Of a DNA stretch of 64,000 nucleotides, positions 37,982 through 52,700 are shown in pieces. Within the stretch, counting starts at the first letter, position 1. Each line of letters begins with the position of its first letter. The notes beneath the pieces were generated by a model. The model made no database searches. It had not been told where the DNA came from and was given only the letters and a program-made list of their open reading frames with translations. The translations under genes were made by a program, and so were the position numbers. Source of the DNA: Mytilus edulis (lineage: Eukaryota); the NCBI RefSeq assembly GCF_963676685.1, contig NC_092357.1, positions 13,764,001 to 13,828,000 on the forward strand. The letters are read 5' to 3'.

Positions 37982-39734
37982 GTATAGTCTTTTGTTTTGC
38001 ATATTTGTGTCATATTTCAACAACTACATAATACAATTTAATTCTGAGCATTGATTTTAAAACATTATAAGAAACCAAAAAAAAAACTTTTCATGCTATG
38101 ATTTTGCTATATGGAAAAAAACATTCCGGTATCCTCATTTCCAGTTCGAAAACAAAGAAAATACCAGTTATAATTAGTTTGAAGAATATACATCTGAATT
38201 TAAGTTATTAAACTGATTTCTTAGAATATAAACTGTTATTACCCGGTGCGAAAAGGTATGTGTCAAACAATTAATAGATTGTACACAAACCCTGTACAAT
38301 TTATATTTTTTTACAAACTTATATCTTGTACACAACATATTTAATGCTTCTTACTTCTTATCGATCCAAAGTAAAAATATATGAGTCATTTTAAGTAAAC
38401 CTAACTAGGTCTATTCTATCTTCCATAAAGACAGATGTTAGAAACTTATAACCTATAGGAAATTGTAAGTTTATTGTCATCGAAAAAATGCATGTAGGTT
38501 ATTGAATATATATGAATATTTTTTTTAAAATGGACAACTGTATGTGGACACGGCGACTACAAGTCCTTGACTTCAAAGTACAAAATCGTGGCGGAATAAA
38601 CACCATTATGATATTTGTATGGTAAATTTTGTCGCCAATACATCATTGGGACTTTGAGGAAAAATTTGCAATCAAAAGTCTAGGAGGTTAATTTCAATGT
38701 TTTAAATCTCTGCTGACGTCCATGTTAAAATCAGGTTATTATTGGATAAAATAGTAACGTTAAGGGGAACATTGGAACATATTACATGTAACTTGAAACG
38801 TTAAGGCAAACATTGGAACAGATTACTTGTAAATAGTAACGTTAAGGTGAACATTAGAACAGATAGCATATAGACATATCCTCTAGTCCCCAGTTGTTTA
38901 CCTGATTGGTTTTATACGTACTTGTTTATTACAAAATGGACATGTGATATGATGTAGATAGTGATCGTTTTTTTACTACATTACAATTTCATTTGTGACA
39001 GCTCATATCATACAATGGATATATTACGTTATCAAAACTCTTTACACATATCATGGTGATGCTTGAATATAATGGTACCATTGATATTTGTTAAACACAA
39101 TTGTATTATCAAGGCTCCGTCATTCGTCGTCTCAGAATCGACAGGACTATGGATAATATCATTTTTTTTCAATAATAAAAGGTACTTAATGTCATTCATG
39201 GAACCTATAAGCCTTGTATATATAATTTTATCAATTTTTTAAATCGTAAATGATACTCTAAAATTATACCTTACCAATGTATTTAAGGAAGGTTTTAGAA
39301 ACACAGCAACATTTTTATTACTTTGAATCTATTTTGTTACAAAAAGCCGATGAGCTTTTATAGAGCTTTGCAATAAGGTGTCCATAGTATAATACTTTAA
39401 GTGGATTTTTGTAAGAAATGTTTTGGAAATTAACTAAGTTGTTTTGCTATTGTGCTCATTTGTGTCTTAAATGTAACGAATTCCTATTGAACAATTATCG
39501 ACTTTTAATTTCATTTGCTAGATAGCACACGACGAACTAATATATCTATTTGTATTTGATTAAGCCAATTTTAGATTTACAACGTACAAGAATGAGGTCG
39601 TGTCAAGGTCTTCCCATGAAGCTATTTCATTTAAAAGTCAATTTATAGTTATAATATAACTGTCTTATCAGATCATCTAAGTTTATTGGTACTATCTTTT
39701 AGTACTATACTTAGTTGTGATTGGTGGTTCCATC

Positions 39735-42346
39735 ATGGGTATGTACGTTACATTCGATGCTCTATTATCAGAAGTTGATATATTTTATAAAAATATCTAT
39801 CATTCAATTTGGTAAAAACACATCCTCAACAACAGTGAAAATCTATACACAGAAAAATCATCAACATATTACATTTTACCAATGAATCAAAAACAGGTTT
39901 TTTTTAATTTGTACTAGCAAATAATTCTACTATACTCCTGAACTCATAACGTGATAATTGTCTAAAGAATGCGATCTCCTTTAGTAATGCATATCAGAAT
40001 ATCAGTTAAAAAATAATCTGTGGACCAACATTTTCAATATGTTGTATTAATAAACGTACAAATTCAGTCTAGTGAAAGTTCATAGAATGTGTTCTTATTC
40101 TTGCCCGATTTTTTTTTCTTTTTCCCGAACTGTTGGTTATTTTAAGTAAATCAACGTGTGGTTCGTGTGATCTTAGTTGTTCGATTGTGATATTCATTTA
40201 ATGGCGTCAAAAGTTCTTGCTTTTCTCTGAAATTCCCTTTGTTACGTCATTTAAAGGCATCCATGTCTGAGAATGTCACATAGAACGAACTGATCATAAT
40301 GAGATCATTCGTAAAGAAGTACTGAATTTGTTTGCATATTGTCTAAAAATCTTTAAAGTAACAGATTTAATCACCAGATCTCATGCAATACGATATTCAT
40401 TTACTCTCGAAATATACATTTTTATAATTAAAACGATTGGCGAGCGTCGCTTTTGATGCTATATAAATTTGAAAATGTATTTCTCTCGAGTGGATAAATA
40501 TCGTAACACACTTGCTGCAGTGCAATACAGTGAAAGAATCTGTATACTAAGGGACACTGTAAGGTCACATATTCCAGAAGCATTCTTTGTTTGATTGTCA
40601 ACATTAAACAGGTTGATTTTTTGGGTTTTTTTTTATATTCTACTATATTCTAGTATTTCCTTAACTAAATACTTGGTGCAGACAAACCTGTATATTTTTC
40701 ATAGATGGAGCGACGTTATCTTCAAAGTCATACGTAAACGACGTAAATATTGTCAACTGCATCAATGCAAACAAGACGAAAAAGTCGCAATTACGTTCAA
40801 TACATTTTAAAGATTATTCCGCCTTAGCCTAAGTATAATCCCATTCACGCTCTATACTTTCGTATTTTACTTGGTTTACCAACGGATTTAATTGTGGTTC
40901 CTTCCCATATTAAACTAACCTTATTTAACACACTTTACAAATAACAATAAACACCTGAAGAAAATGGATCATATGATTAAAACACGTTTTAAACACGCTG
41001 TAACTTATGTTTCAGTGTTGGTGGTATCTGGTACTGTATGTGTACTTGTACTAAACATCATCACACTTTCCAGTGCTTCTAATAAGAAAGGAGTTGGGAT
41101 ATCATGGAACCCACAGTATCACTGTACGGATGAAGCCACCTTAAATAACGTTCATTGGTGGTAAGTAAAAAGATAACTCACCGGGATCACGTTTTCACAC
41201 ACAAGTTATATGGGTGAGTGTAGAACGCCATGTTCCCTTGTGCTGTTCATATCCTACTATCGACTATGGTTACTGATTAAACTGGAAAGAAGATCAAAAT
41301 CGAGAAATTCAAGGCAAATTAAAGTAATTGAAACCACAGACAAAATTCAGCTGCTACACCTTTCTCCTGCTAATGATTATATAATAAGCATCATCTGACG
41401 TACCGTTAGCTGGTATTAGGGTGGGATGTTCTTCATCTGCAGATTAATTGACATTATATCAAGAAACATAACCAATACTGTATGAAAATATCGAATTCTT
41501 GGCTGAAATGAAAGCTCAATTGCACACAATTATCTTTTGTTTAAAGTTAGTTGAATTTTCATGCTAGAAATTATATACCGAGTGGAAAAAATAAACTGGA
41601 CAACACGTATGTGTGAACATGGAATACATTGACGACAATAATGTATGTGACCTGGTAACACCAAAACCGGGCTATACAGTTAATTGTAGAATTATGTTTT
41701 TAATTTCAGGTACGACTGGAGACAATCACCCGACCAAATGCACTTACAACATCACTGTCCAACAACCGTTAGAGCAGGATATGTACCGATGGTGAATGGA
41801 ATGCATTTTGAAAGAGGAATTAATATTTCTGGTAACTCGCAATATCTTCTTGGGTTTAATGAGCCGGACCACAAAAAACATGCCAATCTAACTGTAGCAC
41901 AAGCTGTCGTCATGTGGAAGGAATTAGAGAAGCATGCCATAGGAAAAACCTTGGTTGGCCCTGCAGTAACAAATCTGAACTGGTTACAACAATTTATACT
42001 GCAATGTCACCAATGTAGAATTGACCACGTGGCTGTCCATATATATAAGTGCAATACACATCAAATAATGGCTAGACTTAAGCATCTATGGGATATGTTC
42101 CACAAACCCATATGGCTAACTGAATTCGCTTGTCCACAAACTACATCAGTTAATGAACAGCTTCGGTTGATGAGAGAGCTTCTTCCACTTTTGGAGTCTG
42201 CACCGTATGTTTTTCGATACGCTTGGTTTGTTAGTAGAAGGTTACACCATAATGATGGTTCCTGGGTTGATGGTTCAGCGAGTCTGATGAAGGAAAATTC
42301 AGCAGAACTGTCAGCACTTGGACATTATTACAACAATTTTATGTAA
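39735..42346 (+). CDS. GH128-family putative beta-1,3-glucanase, copy 4, 261 aa; exons 39735-39738, 41016-41160, 41710-42346
   Basis: Intact spliced ORF (MVLVVSGTVCVLVLNIITLSSASNKKGVGISWNPQYHC...); NEPD and WLTEF intact. Confidence 0.9.
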
Positions 42347-43488
42347 TACAATGAATAGAAAGTGTATGATTTGAAATCGGTACTATTTCTCCTGTTTATT
42401 TCTTTTCTCTGAAATACATTTCAGATAGCATTGATGCATAGTGTTTTATATTATGACAAATCAACAGCTGTTTAAATATTTTCGAGTACACGAATTTCAA
42501 AGTTAAACTCATCACTACTCAACCATTGTAGGCAAACTGGTTTTGACACTGTTTCATTTATGCAGAAAACGTAAAATCACAAAAATACTTAACTCCGAGG
42601 ACATTTCCTAATCAGAATGCAATATCAAAAGCTCAAACACATACACATAACATAAAGTTATAAACATTATCATATACTTGATATTCTAGTCAACACCAAA
42701 GTGCTGACTACTGGGCTTGTGATTCCCTTAGGGGCCGAAACGTGCACAATCAGTGTCATCGACTCAGTGGTATAAATAGTAATTACAGGTATCAGGCTTA
42801 TAACACGTGCACCAAAGTGCTGATTACTGGGCTTGTAATGAAAAAGAGAATGAAAACGGGGAAATGTCAAAGAGACACCAACCCGACCATAGAGCAGACA
42901 ACAAACGATGGCCATCAATGGGTCTTCAATGCAGAGAATCTCCTGCACCCGGGACTGGGGACATGGGAAAATTGCAGCGGGGTTAAACATGTGCTTTAAG
43001 ATATCAACCCTCCCCTATACCTCCAGTCAATGTGAAAAAAAAACACACAAAAATACGCACAATAAAACTCAGTTCAAAGGATGTTCGAGTCCGATGTCAG
43101 AATACATGTTTGTGTTTATCATTTGGAAAAGGGAATAAAACCATTGAAGAAAATATCCTCTTATTATCAAACGGGAACATTATTAGCAGACCTGGTACTA
43201 CATAAACAATTCCAACAAAAAACTGTATCGATCAATTAGTCAATCAATTAAACCGGTAAACCATTCGAATGGAAATACAAAGGCTCATTTGAAACAGGTA
43301 GTCAGGAAGTCAATTGTGCTGTGTTAGACTTAAAAAAAAGAGGATGGTTTGGATCTTCTTACAACTCAAAGTGAAGATGGATACATAAAACGATCGGCGA
43401 AGGGCTATCAATATATCATTGTTAACTTACAACTCCCTCTAAAGAGTACAAGACCTTGACAATAGCAATGTGTTCACTGTTGTGAAAC

Positions 43489-44061
43489 TAGTCCAAATAA
43501 TTATGACGTCTGGAAAGGATATGATATTGTTTTTTTCTTTAACGCCTTCCATCGACGTCATAACGCCAAACTCATATTTTCAGTTGGATTTTGAGAGGGA
43601 ATTTACTGCTATATTAAAACGTTTAGCTGATTTCTTCTCAAGATGCTTCATTTTAGGAGTATAAAATATTTTTGAACAAAACTCGGTAAAATTTGTCGGA
43701 CCTAAATTTCCGAATAATATAAAAAAATTGAAGTCTGTCAAATTTGACCGAGTTTGGTGCACAAAATATTTTATAATCTCCTAAAAAGAAATCAGATAAA
43801 CGTTTTCAAAAAAGCATTTTCCCGCCTCGTATGGAATTGTAACTTATTTTATTATTACTGTAGGGATTGATTAGACATGTTTTGCACAAACACACACATT
43901 TTTATATATGCAAAAGTGTTTAGCCTTCAATGAAAATTTAAAGGCTAAATATGCTCTCAAAGTCCAACCAAAAATGGTGGCTTCAGCATTATGACGTCGA
44001 TGTAAGGCGTCAAATAAAAAAAATATCATAGCCTTTCAATACATCATAATTATTTTGACTA
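43489..44061. mobile_element. MITE with ~75-bp imperfect TIRs
   Basis: TAGTCCAAATAATTATGACG...GACGTCATAA versus TTATGACGTC...CATAATTATTTTGACTA; flanks TTGTGAAAC / CTGTCAAAC may be a decayed 9-bp TSD. Confidence 0.7.
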
Positions 44062-44711
44062 CTGTCAAACTAGAAGCAGAAGACGTACGTTTTAAGATTA
44101 AAAATTGAATAAAAGACCCACTTTGAATCGTCTATATCGGGATGATATTTTGATAATTTTGTTAACTTTTCTATTTTGATATAAATTGTCCCAAAAATAG
44201 CACACTTAACTGTAAAACATTATCAAAAAAATGCAAGTGACTATTTTCTTTAATTGGTATTGTCTAACAAAATGCACTGTAAATCAAATGTGTCATCAAG
44301 TCTATTTGCGAACGATATGTGAAAAAATCTTGTGATATGATTAATTCATTGTAAAGAGTTCAATCTGCCGAGATAGATGGTAATTGGCTGAGAGAACTAT
44401 TTTGAACACATTTCAATTTTGACAAAAAAAATCTAATGTTGCCGTTCACTATATGATATCCGAGAGTACTGAAAAATATTTACTTGTAGTATAGTAATAA
44501 ACATGATAAAATTGCGAATGGAAATATGGAATGTGTCAAAACATAGATATGCCGTCGAGCTGGTATAATGCCTTGTCAAGGTCTCATCAATTCACCGACA
44601 AGTTGAATTACAGTTCAAATATTATAATCTAGATCACTGCTTATCAGAACATTACAGTTTATTGGTACTATCTTGGTGTAGTACTTTAATGAGATTTTAA
44701 ATTGTGGGACC

Positions 44712-47405
44712 ATGATGGGTATGTACAAAACGTTCGTCGATGTATAAATATCGAAATGATAATTAAAATGAAAAACAAAACTGTAGATTTATCTATATTT
44801 GTTGTCAGAAGGTTTTCTATAAATTACATTTTCGTTAATAGTTGATTCAATGCTTCTATCATAGTTTTTAAATTTCCAAATCATAATTTGCTTTTCGTTG
44901 AACGTTTTTTATATTCTAAGGTGACCTTCCACCACAAAATACACTCCAAGTTCTAACTCATATATTAGTAAAAGTCAATTAAAAAAAGCTAATAGTATTG
45001 TCATATGTTGAGGGAAATTATTATATAATCAATAGCATCACAACGCTGAAATATAAACCAACAATTTTGGACAAAGTTGTATCGTGTAAATTCAATTTTG
45101 TTTTCCGTCTGTTTAAGTGTTGGCAGTGGCTGGTTCTTTCTGTTTACTTTTACTCAGCATTTTGGACCGTTCCTGGGCTTCTCAAAAGAAAGGTGCTGCA
45201 ATATCATGGAACCCAACATACCACTGTACAGATGAAGCCACGTTTACTAACGTTCATTGGTGGTAAGTAGACTAGCTCCAAAATATCATGGAACCTATTG
45301 TATCACTGTACAGGTGAGGCACTTGTACTAACGTTCATTGATGGTAAGTAGACTAGCTCCAAAATATCATGCAACCTATTGTATCACTGTACAGGTGAAG
45401 CACTTGTACTAACGTTCATTGATGGTAAGTAGACTAGCTGCAAAATATCATGCAACCTATTGTATCACTGTACAGATGACGCCACCTTTACTAACGGTCG
45501 TTGGTGGTAAGTAAACTATCGTACCATTGTACAGCCGAAGCCACCCCTACATATGTACGTTGATGGTAAGTATACTAGCTCCACAATATCATGGAACCCA
45601 TCGTACCATTGAACAGATGAAACCACCTCTACTTTTGCACGTTGGTGGTAAGTATACTAGCTCCACAATACCACGTGTTCACTAGTCCTCACCTATAAGA
45701 CCATAGAGTTCTTTTATAAATAAATGTTTGCATCATATTTCCACCTACCTACATGCAGATACACCAAGTTACGAAATATACACGTTGGTAAAATTCATTG
45801 ATGTAAATGACTATCGGAACAGAAGGCACATGTCTGCTGTACGCAAATATTTGTATTGGCAGTCGCAAACACAGATCACATTGTAAACGCCGTAATAACA
45901 AACGTTTATAGGATACAATGATGCTGTACATAAGTGTTTAAATGTCAGTTGCAAACCCACATCAAATTGTAACAAAGAATGACACGCACTGCCTTATAAA
46001 AGTACTAGTCTCGATAAAGTCTGTAGCTCATTTTTTTCATAGACATGGACCATTCACATGATATGAATAATATTCTTTTGTTTTTCAACAATGATTCGCA
46101 TGCTTGAAAAACAAAATATCTGCTCTAATAGAGCTTATTGATTACAAAATAACACGATATATTTAGTTGGTTTTTCTTTTAATCGATGATCCAAGCCTTT
46201 CGATTCTTGTTCATTTCCCACCTCTGATCTTATAATGTGTATGAAATTATTAACATGTATTTTATTGTATTCGATTATTGATTATTTGCATGAAATCGAT
46301 AAGACTTTGTTAGTTGAAACACTTGCGTTTGGTCCATTATCTTAAGTTCAGACAATAAATATGTGCAATTGTATAATAATTTGTAAAGGTATTACCGGAC
46401 GATATAAGTCATCATACACTACTTGTACTGTTTAGAAAGATCGGAATGCCATCTAGCGCGCACTCATCTGTCTGCTGATACAATGAAAATGACGACTAGT
46501 TCTAGTGGTTTGGGTTTGTTTTACTTATTTTATTTGCATTTGGTTTCATATGCAATGCAGCCAATTGCGAGCCAAACAAAATAAAACTATACGGCATAAA
46601 AAGCATCAATTTATTCTTTATTCTTTATATTTTTGCAAACAAAACTAGCTTTTTTGACGATTTTTTTACTCTTCTGTCATTCTATTCTCTATTCATCTAT
46701 ACCCTGATAAACAGAAAAATTCCAAATCAGCCAATTTAACTCTCATTTGTTTTCTCTTTTTTCAGGTATACCTGGAAACACTCACCTGATCGAATGCATC
46801 TTCAACATCACTGTCCGACAGCTAACGTAAGAGCAGGGTTTGTACCGATGATAAACCCTAAAAATTTCAATAGAGACATCAATATATCTTCCAATGCAAA
46901 ATATCTTCTTGGTTTTAATGAGCCTGACCACAAAGGAGGGTCAAATCTTACAGTAGCACAAGCTGTCGGAATGTGGAAAGAAGTAGAGAAAAAGGCTGCA
47001 GGGAAAATCTTAGTTAGTCCTGCAGTTACAAATCTTCACTGGTTGCAACAATTTTTACATCAATGTCATAATTGCAGAGTTGACCACGTGGCAGTCCATG
47101 CTTATAGGTGCGATGCACATCAACTTATGGCATACCTTAAGGATGCATGGAATAGATTCCACAAACCAATATGGCTGACCGAGTTTGCCTGTCCTCATAC
47201 GACATCAGTTAATGAACAGCTTCGATTTATGAAAGATGCTCTGCCGCTTTTGGAGGCGGCACCGTATGTGTTTCGATACTCATGGTTTACTAGCAGATTT
47301 ATACACCACAACGAAGGTACTTGGGTCGATGCGTCAGCAAGTCTGATGAAGGAAAACTCTGCAGAACTATCAGTACTTGGACATTATTACAACAACTTTA
47401 TATAA
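44712..47405 (+). CDS. GH128-family putative beta-1,3-glucanase, copy 5, 263 aa; exons 44712-44718, 45118-45262, 46766-47405
   Basis: MMVLAVAGSFCLLLLSILDRSWASQKKGAAISWNPTYHC...HWWYTW...GFNEPD...WLTEF...RYSWF; AATAAA overlaps the stop. Confidence 0.88.
45200..45672 (+). repeat. Six tandem ~81-bp units of the exon-2 3' end plus splice donor (copy 5)
   Basis: AATATCATG starts at 45200, 45282, 45363, 45444 and 45585, plus one truncated unit; each ends TG|GTAAGT. Confidence 0.92.
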
Positions 47406-49759
47406 TAAAGAGGTCGTATATCATGTCTACTTAGCCGTGCTTCTCCTTCATACGGAGTACTAGTATATAATTTAGAAATTGTTGCAAGGTTTTTATTAAT
47501 ACGAAAAATGCGGCAGAGTTGTAAATGCAATAATGTAACCTCGCATTTTGAAATATTTTATATAAATTAAAAATGATTTTTTCTCAAAATCGTAAAAATT
47601 AGAATCGCATTTAAGTCTTAAATGACAAAATCTCAATAATAAATGCACGCAATAATTTCTGAATTTACAGTATATATCTCCCAATAGATATGATTTTCCT
47701 GGGCTTGTGTGTCCTATCATGCTTTTCTTTATAAGCCATTAAACCAAGAGTGCAAAGAGTATTGTGTTCTACCATCGTCTATTTTTCCTTTTTTAGTCAT
47801 GGCGATGTCAGTTTATTTTGATCTATGAGTTTGACTTTCCCTCTGGTATATTTTGCCCCTCTAGACCTCTTATGTGCACATAGATATAGGAAGATGTGAT
47901 GTGAGTGCAAATGAGACAACTCTCCATCCACATAACAATTTTAAAAAAGTAAACCATTATAGGTCAATGTACGTATACGGCCTTCAACACGGAGCCTGTA
48001 TGTTTTAAAGCTATGTACACGCGTGAGGCGCAAATACAAAATTTCAATCCTTGTATCTATGAAGAGATTATTTGCTGATTACATTAACTTAAAAGCATTT
48101 ATATATTATGGATGGTATATCATAAATCTAATTAAAAACTGATCTCTCATCACTTCTGTTTACGATATGTCAAACGACTGCTATATCATGAAGCAAAAAT
48201 GTTTAAGATGTTTTGATATTTTCAATATACGGAATATATGCAGTTTTTAATCATTTATCGTACTTTATAAACATGCTAAAATTATTCGTTATTCACTATT
48301 TTTGTAGTTTTCAGAAGTTATCTTCGGATTTTCGTGATTTTCTTCAGTTTTTTAGCGATAGCCATTCTATCATATCTATATTTCTAAATGTTTCCGATAA
48401 AACCAGTTGTCAACTTTTCTTGTCAATCAATTTCACAGTATTCATTAATGGCCTTTAATAATATTTTATACAATAGAGGTTTATCTTTGGTAAAGGCCGT
48501 GTTTAAGCAATTTCCCTATACTCGTGTTCTTTTATATCGTTTGATATTCTATAACAATATTGGTTTCTAATGTGAAGCAAAATCAGCTTACATTTACGGA
48601 ACATCTGAAATCACCATTCCTTTTTGTAAGGTTCGTGTTGTCCAGTCTTACTTTGTCAATATAATAATTTATGTAGTGTTTCCGTATTATTTTGTCGTTT
48701 TTTTTTTATCCTTTTAACATAGCATGCCTTAAAAAAAACTAAGTTTGTTTACTAGCTGGCTGCTTGTTCATTATTTTCCGAGCTATAATATTAATGGCAT
48801 ATAATTTAAAAAAAATATATACTGTCTTTTCTCAAAGCATTACTTTAACACACACAAAAATATGTGCTGATGCCGATCAGGAAAAAAAACTAATTTTGAA
48901 ACCTGTTACCTTGTATGAACGTCAGGTGAACGGAAGCGTAGGACATCACTCAAAATAAATATTAAAATAATGTTTAATCTTGTTTAATATGTAGCGGATG
49001 AAATTTTGACCAATTTGATATAATTTGGTCAAACAACTTAGTTCACTACACCTTGAAATAGAGACAAATGATACCAACATAATAAATATCGAAAGAAAAG
49101 AGGTGTGTAATTCTCTACTTTTTTTTTTTGCATTATTTATTTACTAACAAATCAATTTAGTAATCGGGTCTATTCGCGATATATACTATTAATCTACAAT
49201 AAATTAGTATCGTAATTTAAATAGTACCCATACTGTTCAACCTTATATGCATCGAGACAGAGGATAATGGTTTCGAGAGTACGATTTAAGTACATTTCAA
49301 TTTTGTTACATTGAAATATTATTTTGTCGTTACACATCCGATATCAGAGAATTCAGTATCTAAAAAATACCAAAATCCAAGGACAAAATCGAAACGAAAA
49401 ATTATTTAACGAAAGACAACATCAAAAGCTTGAACATATCAAACGAATTGAAAATAACAAGCATATTCTTGACCAACATTTCCTTATGTACGTGTAGAAA
49501 GTATGGTGGATTGAACCTGGATTTCTCACTTATATGACAGTCGTTTAGAAATCAATTATACTGACAAAAAAGTGTGTTCATAACCATTATATATATGTAC
49601 AACAGAAAACAGCAGTCAATATTGAGTTCTAATCTTAATCTCAATAACAGCAAAGAAACAAGAACCAAATGGCATATAAATAATCGACAGACAAAATACC
49701 GACAAATATCGTCCTGTGGTATAATAAACAAAGATATTTATATCTGTAAGATTAAACAC

Positions 49760-52700
49760 ATTTCAGGTTGACGTCGTGCATGTATGATGTCTGGCCATGT
49801 TCTAACTTTTCACCAATTCACCGATAAGTTGATTCACAGTACAAATAATTAAATCTAGATCACTGCTTATCGGTATTTTCAAGGTGTATTGGTACTTTCT
49901 TGGTGTAGTACTTAGATATGATCCATAAAAATAACAAAACAATACTGTCAATGTGTCTATTTTCGTTGTTATAAGGTTTTCTTGAATTTAAAGAAATTAT
50001 ATTTTTGTTAGTATTTGATTCAATTTTTTTTTTATCATAGTTGTTAAATTCTAAATGATAATTTGATTTTCGTTAAACGTTTTTCATATTCGTAAATAAC
50101 CTTTAACCACAACATAGATCCCACGTTCTAACTCATATATCAGTAATAGTGAAATAAAAAAACTCATATTGTTGTCATATGTTGCAGAAATTTTTGAAAA
50201 TATTATATACAATCAAAAGCATAAAAACGTTGAAGTAGAAATCAACAATTTTAGACAAAGTTGTATCGTGTTAATTCAACCGTAATTTTTTTTGGTCATC
50301 TTTTGAAGTGTTGGTGTTGTCTGGTGCTTTGTGTTTACTTCTATTCAATATCATCGACCTTTCCGGGGCTTCTCACAAGAAAAGGGCGGCAATATTATGG
50401 AACCCAACATACTATTGTACAGATGAAGCCATTTTACCAACGTTCATTGGTGGTAAGTAAATAAGCTCCACAATATCATGGAACCGATCGTACCACTATA
50501 CAGATGAAGCCACATTTGATAAAGTTCGTTGGTGGTGAGTAAACTAGCTGAACAATATCATGGAACCCAACGTACCACTGTACAGATGAAGCCATCTTTA
50601 CTTACGTTCATTGGTGGTAAGTAAAATAGCTCCATAATATGACTGAACCCAACGTAACATTGTACAGATGCAGCCACCTTTACTGACGCTAGTTAATGGT
50701 GAGTAACCTAGTTCCACAGTATCATGGAACCTATCGTACTACTGTACAGATGAAGAGACCTTTACTAACGCTAGTTAATGGCGAGTAAACTAGACACCAA
50801 CGAACGTTAGTAAAAGTAGCTTCATCTGTACAATGGTACGTATATGATGTATTCAATGGTACTAGTTCCACAGCACCATGGAACCAATCGTACTACTATA
50901 CAGATGAAGCTACCTTTACAAACGCTAGTTAAAGGTGATTATACTCGTTCCAAAGTACCATTGAATACATCATATACGTACCATTGTACAGATGAAGCTA
51001 CTTTTACTAACATTCGTTGGTGGTTAGAAAACTAGCTCCACAATGTCACGTTTTTACTAGTCTTCACATGCAGGATTTGTTACACGTTACGCACGATAAT
51101 GGGTTCGGATTAAACTACGATATTATGATTTAATAACAGTAACCATTCGCCTATACAAAATAAATCCACCAACATGCATATATCTACAGAAAGGCCTTGA
51201 CATGTCTTTCTTATTTTAAGTTAATTCTTTAAATTTTTGCACCATATGTATAGTTCATTGATCACACAAACCTTACTTTTACGTTTATAATTGCATGACT
51301 GGCGAAACATTTCAGATTACATAAAATACATTTTCCAAAGCACCGTAGTAATTTTGAACATAAAATCTGCAAAATTTGGTTCACCAACTTCCTACTAGAT
51401 TTATATTCTAACGTCATAGCCGTTTGTTTTTAGCGTTTGATAAATTTTTAACTAAGTCCTCTATGAAGAATTCAGCAGAGGAACCTGTCTGTATGTGTTA
51501 TGCGGAAACTTAATCGGATTTCGAATTTTATAATTTTCACTATGATATTATCAAATCATATTAAAACTATATTCAATAGAAAGTTCTGAAAACTATAAGC
51601 ATTCAAAGTTTCAAATATAAAAAAAAACTTATTCATGAAGAATAATTTAGATAAATAGCATGTCTAGCCGCTATGTCCAAACGTTAATGTGTTCCATTCC
51701 TTTGGTGAAGTCTGTAATAGAAATAGAAAATGTCCCCTTATAATATAAAATTAAGCTACTTCAAAGATGCAAACTATAAGTTCCTACAAATCGGTTGATG
51801 AGTCGGGTGTTTTCATCAACAGCATGACCTTACAGTTTGTTTTTTTTTCGGAAAGCATTTCTTGTGTCTAGCCATTATGTTCAAGGGCGTCATTTAGACT
51901 TTTCTTCACAGTGGCGTCATTTATATGAATACACACTTTTCGTCTAAGCAGTTAAAATAAATCCTTCAAATGTTCATTCCAAAAAGGTCTGCTGAATCAA
52001 AATAACACTCAGATGAAGAAAAAAACACACACATAAGGAATAGACCCTTTATAGACACAGTAAAAGCGGATGGGCTAGGGATAATTACTTATGGACAAAA
52101 GTTTTCACGCAAATCACGCACCTTTATAGATTAGAATCCGAGGTACAATGGACTTATATTTCAAATATGTACAAAAGTGTACAAATACCTTTTGTAAAAT
52201 AAAATCACCACCGCTAAAAAATAATAATATAACAAGCATTTCAAATAGTCTGAAAATCTCGCACAGATACATGCACATGCAGATATTAAACAAAAGTGAA
52301 TTCAATCTAAAAATAATAATTTCTACTAAAATTGTTATATAACATAACATGCCAAAATTATTATTTTATCGATTTATATGAAATAAATACAATAACTGTT
52401 TATTTTAAATTTGTCAAAAATATATTACTGGCTTGTTTCTCTCTTCTCGTGTGAACCTCTGGCAGCACGATTTTTTTTAAAGTTTGCTATGCATTCTTTC
52501 CAAAATAGATTGGAAAATGTGCTTTTATTTTCAATTCATCACAGATCAGAAACTAAGAACGACCCTTACGAAAAAAAATTTATTAATTGCCTTATAAATA
52601 ACAAATTTTGAAATTTCTATTCTATTCATCTTATGATATTTATTTTATAAAAATCGATCGAGTAAGTACTCAGCAATATATATTTTTGTTGAAACAGCGC

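Noticed and set aside
42690-42840. Possible structured RNA (GTGCTGACTACTGGGC...GAAACGT) in a dispersed repeat
   Set aside because: No complete ribozyme or tRNA core could be assembled in this decayed copy.
45200-45672. Repeat units as Dscam-like mutually exclusive exons
   Set aside because: Units have donors but only 13 nt to the next AG, no polypyrimidine tract, and carry frameshifts or TGA; not credible cassette exons.
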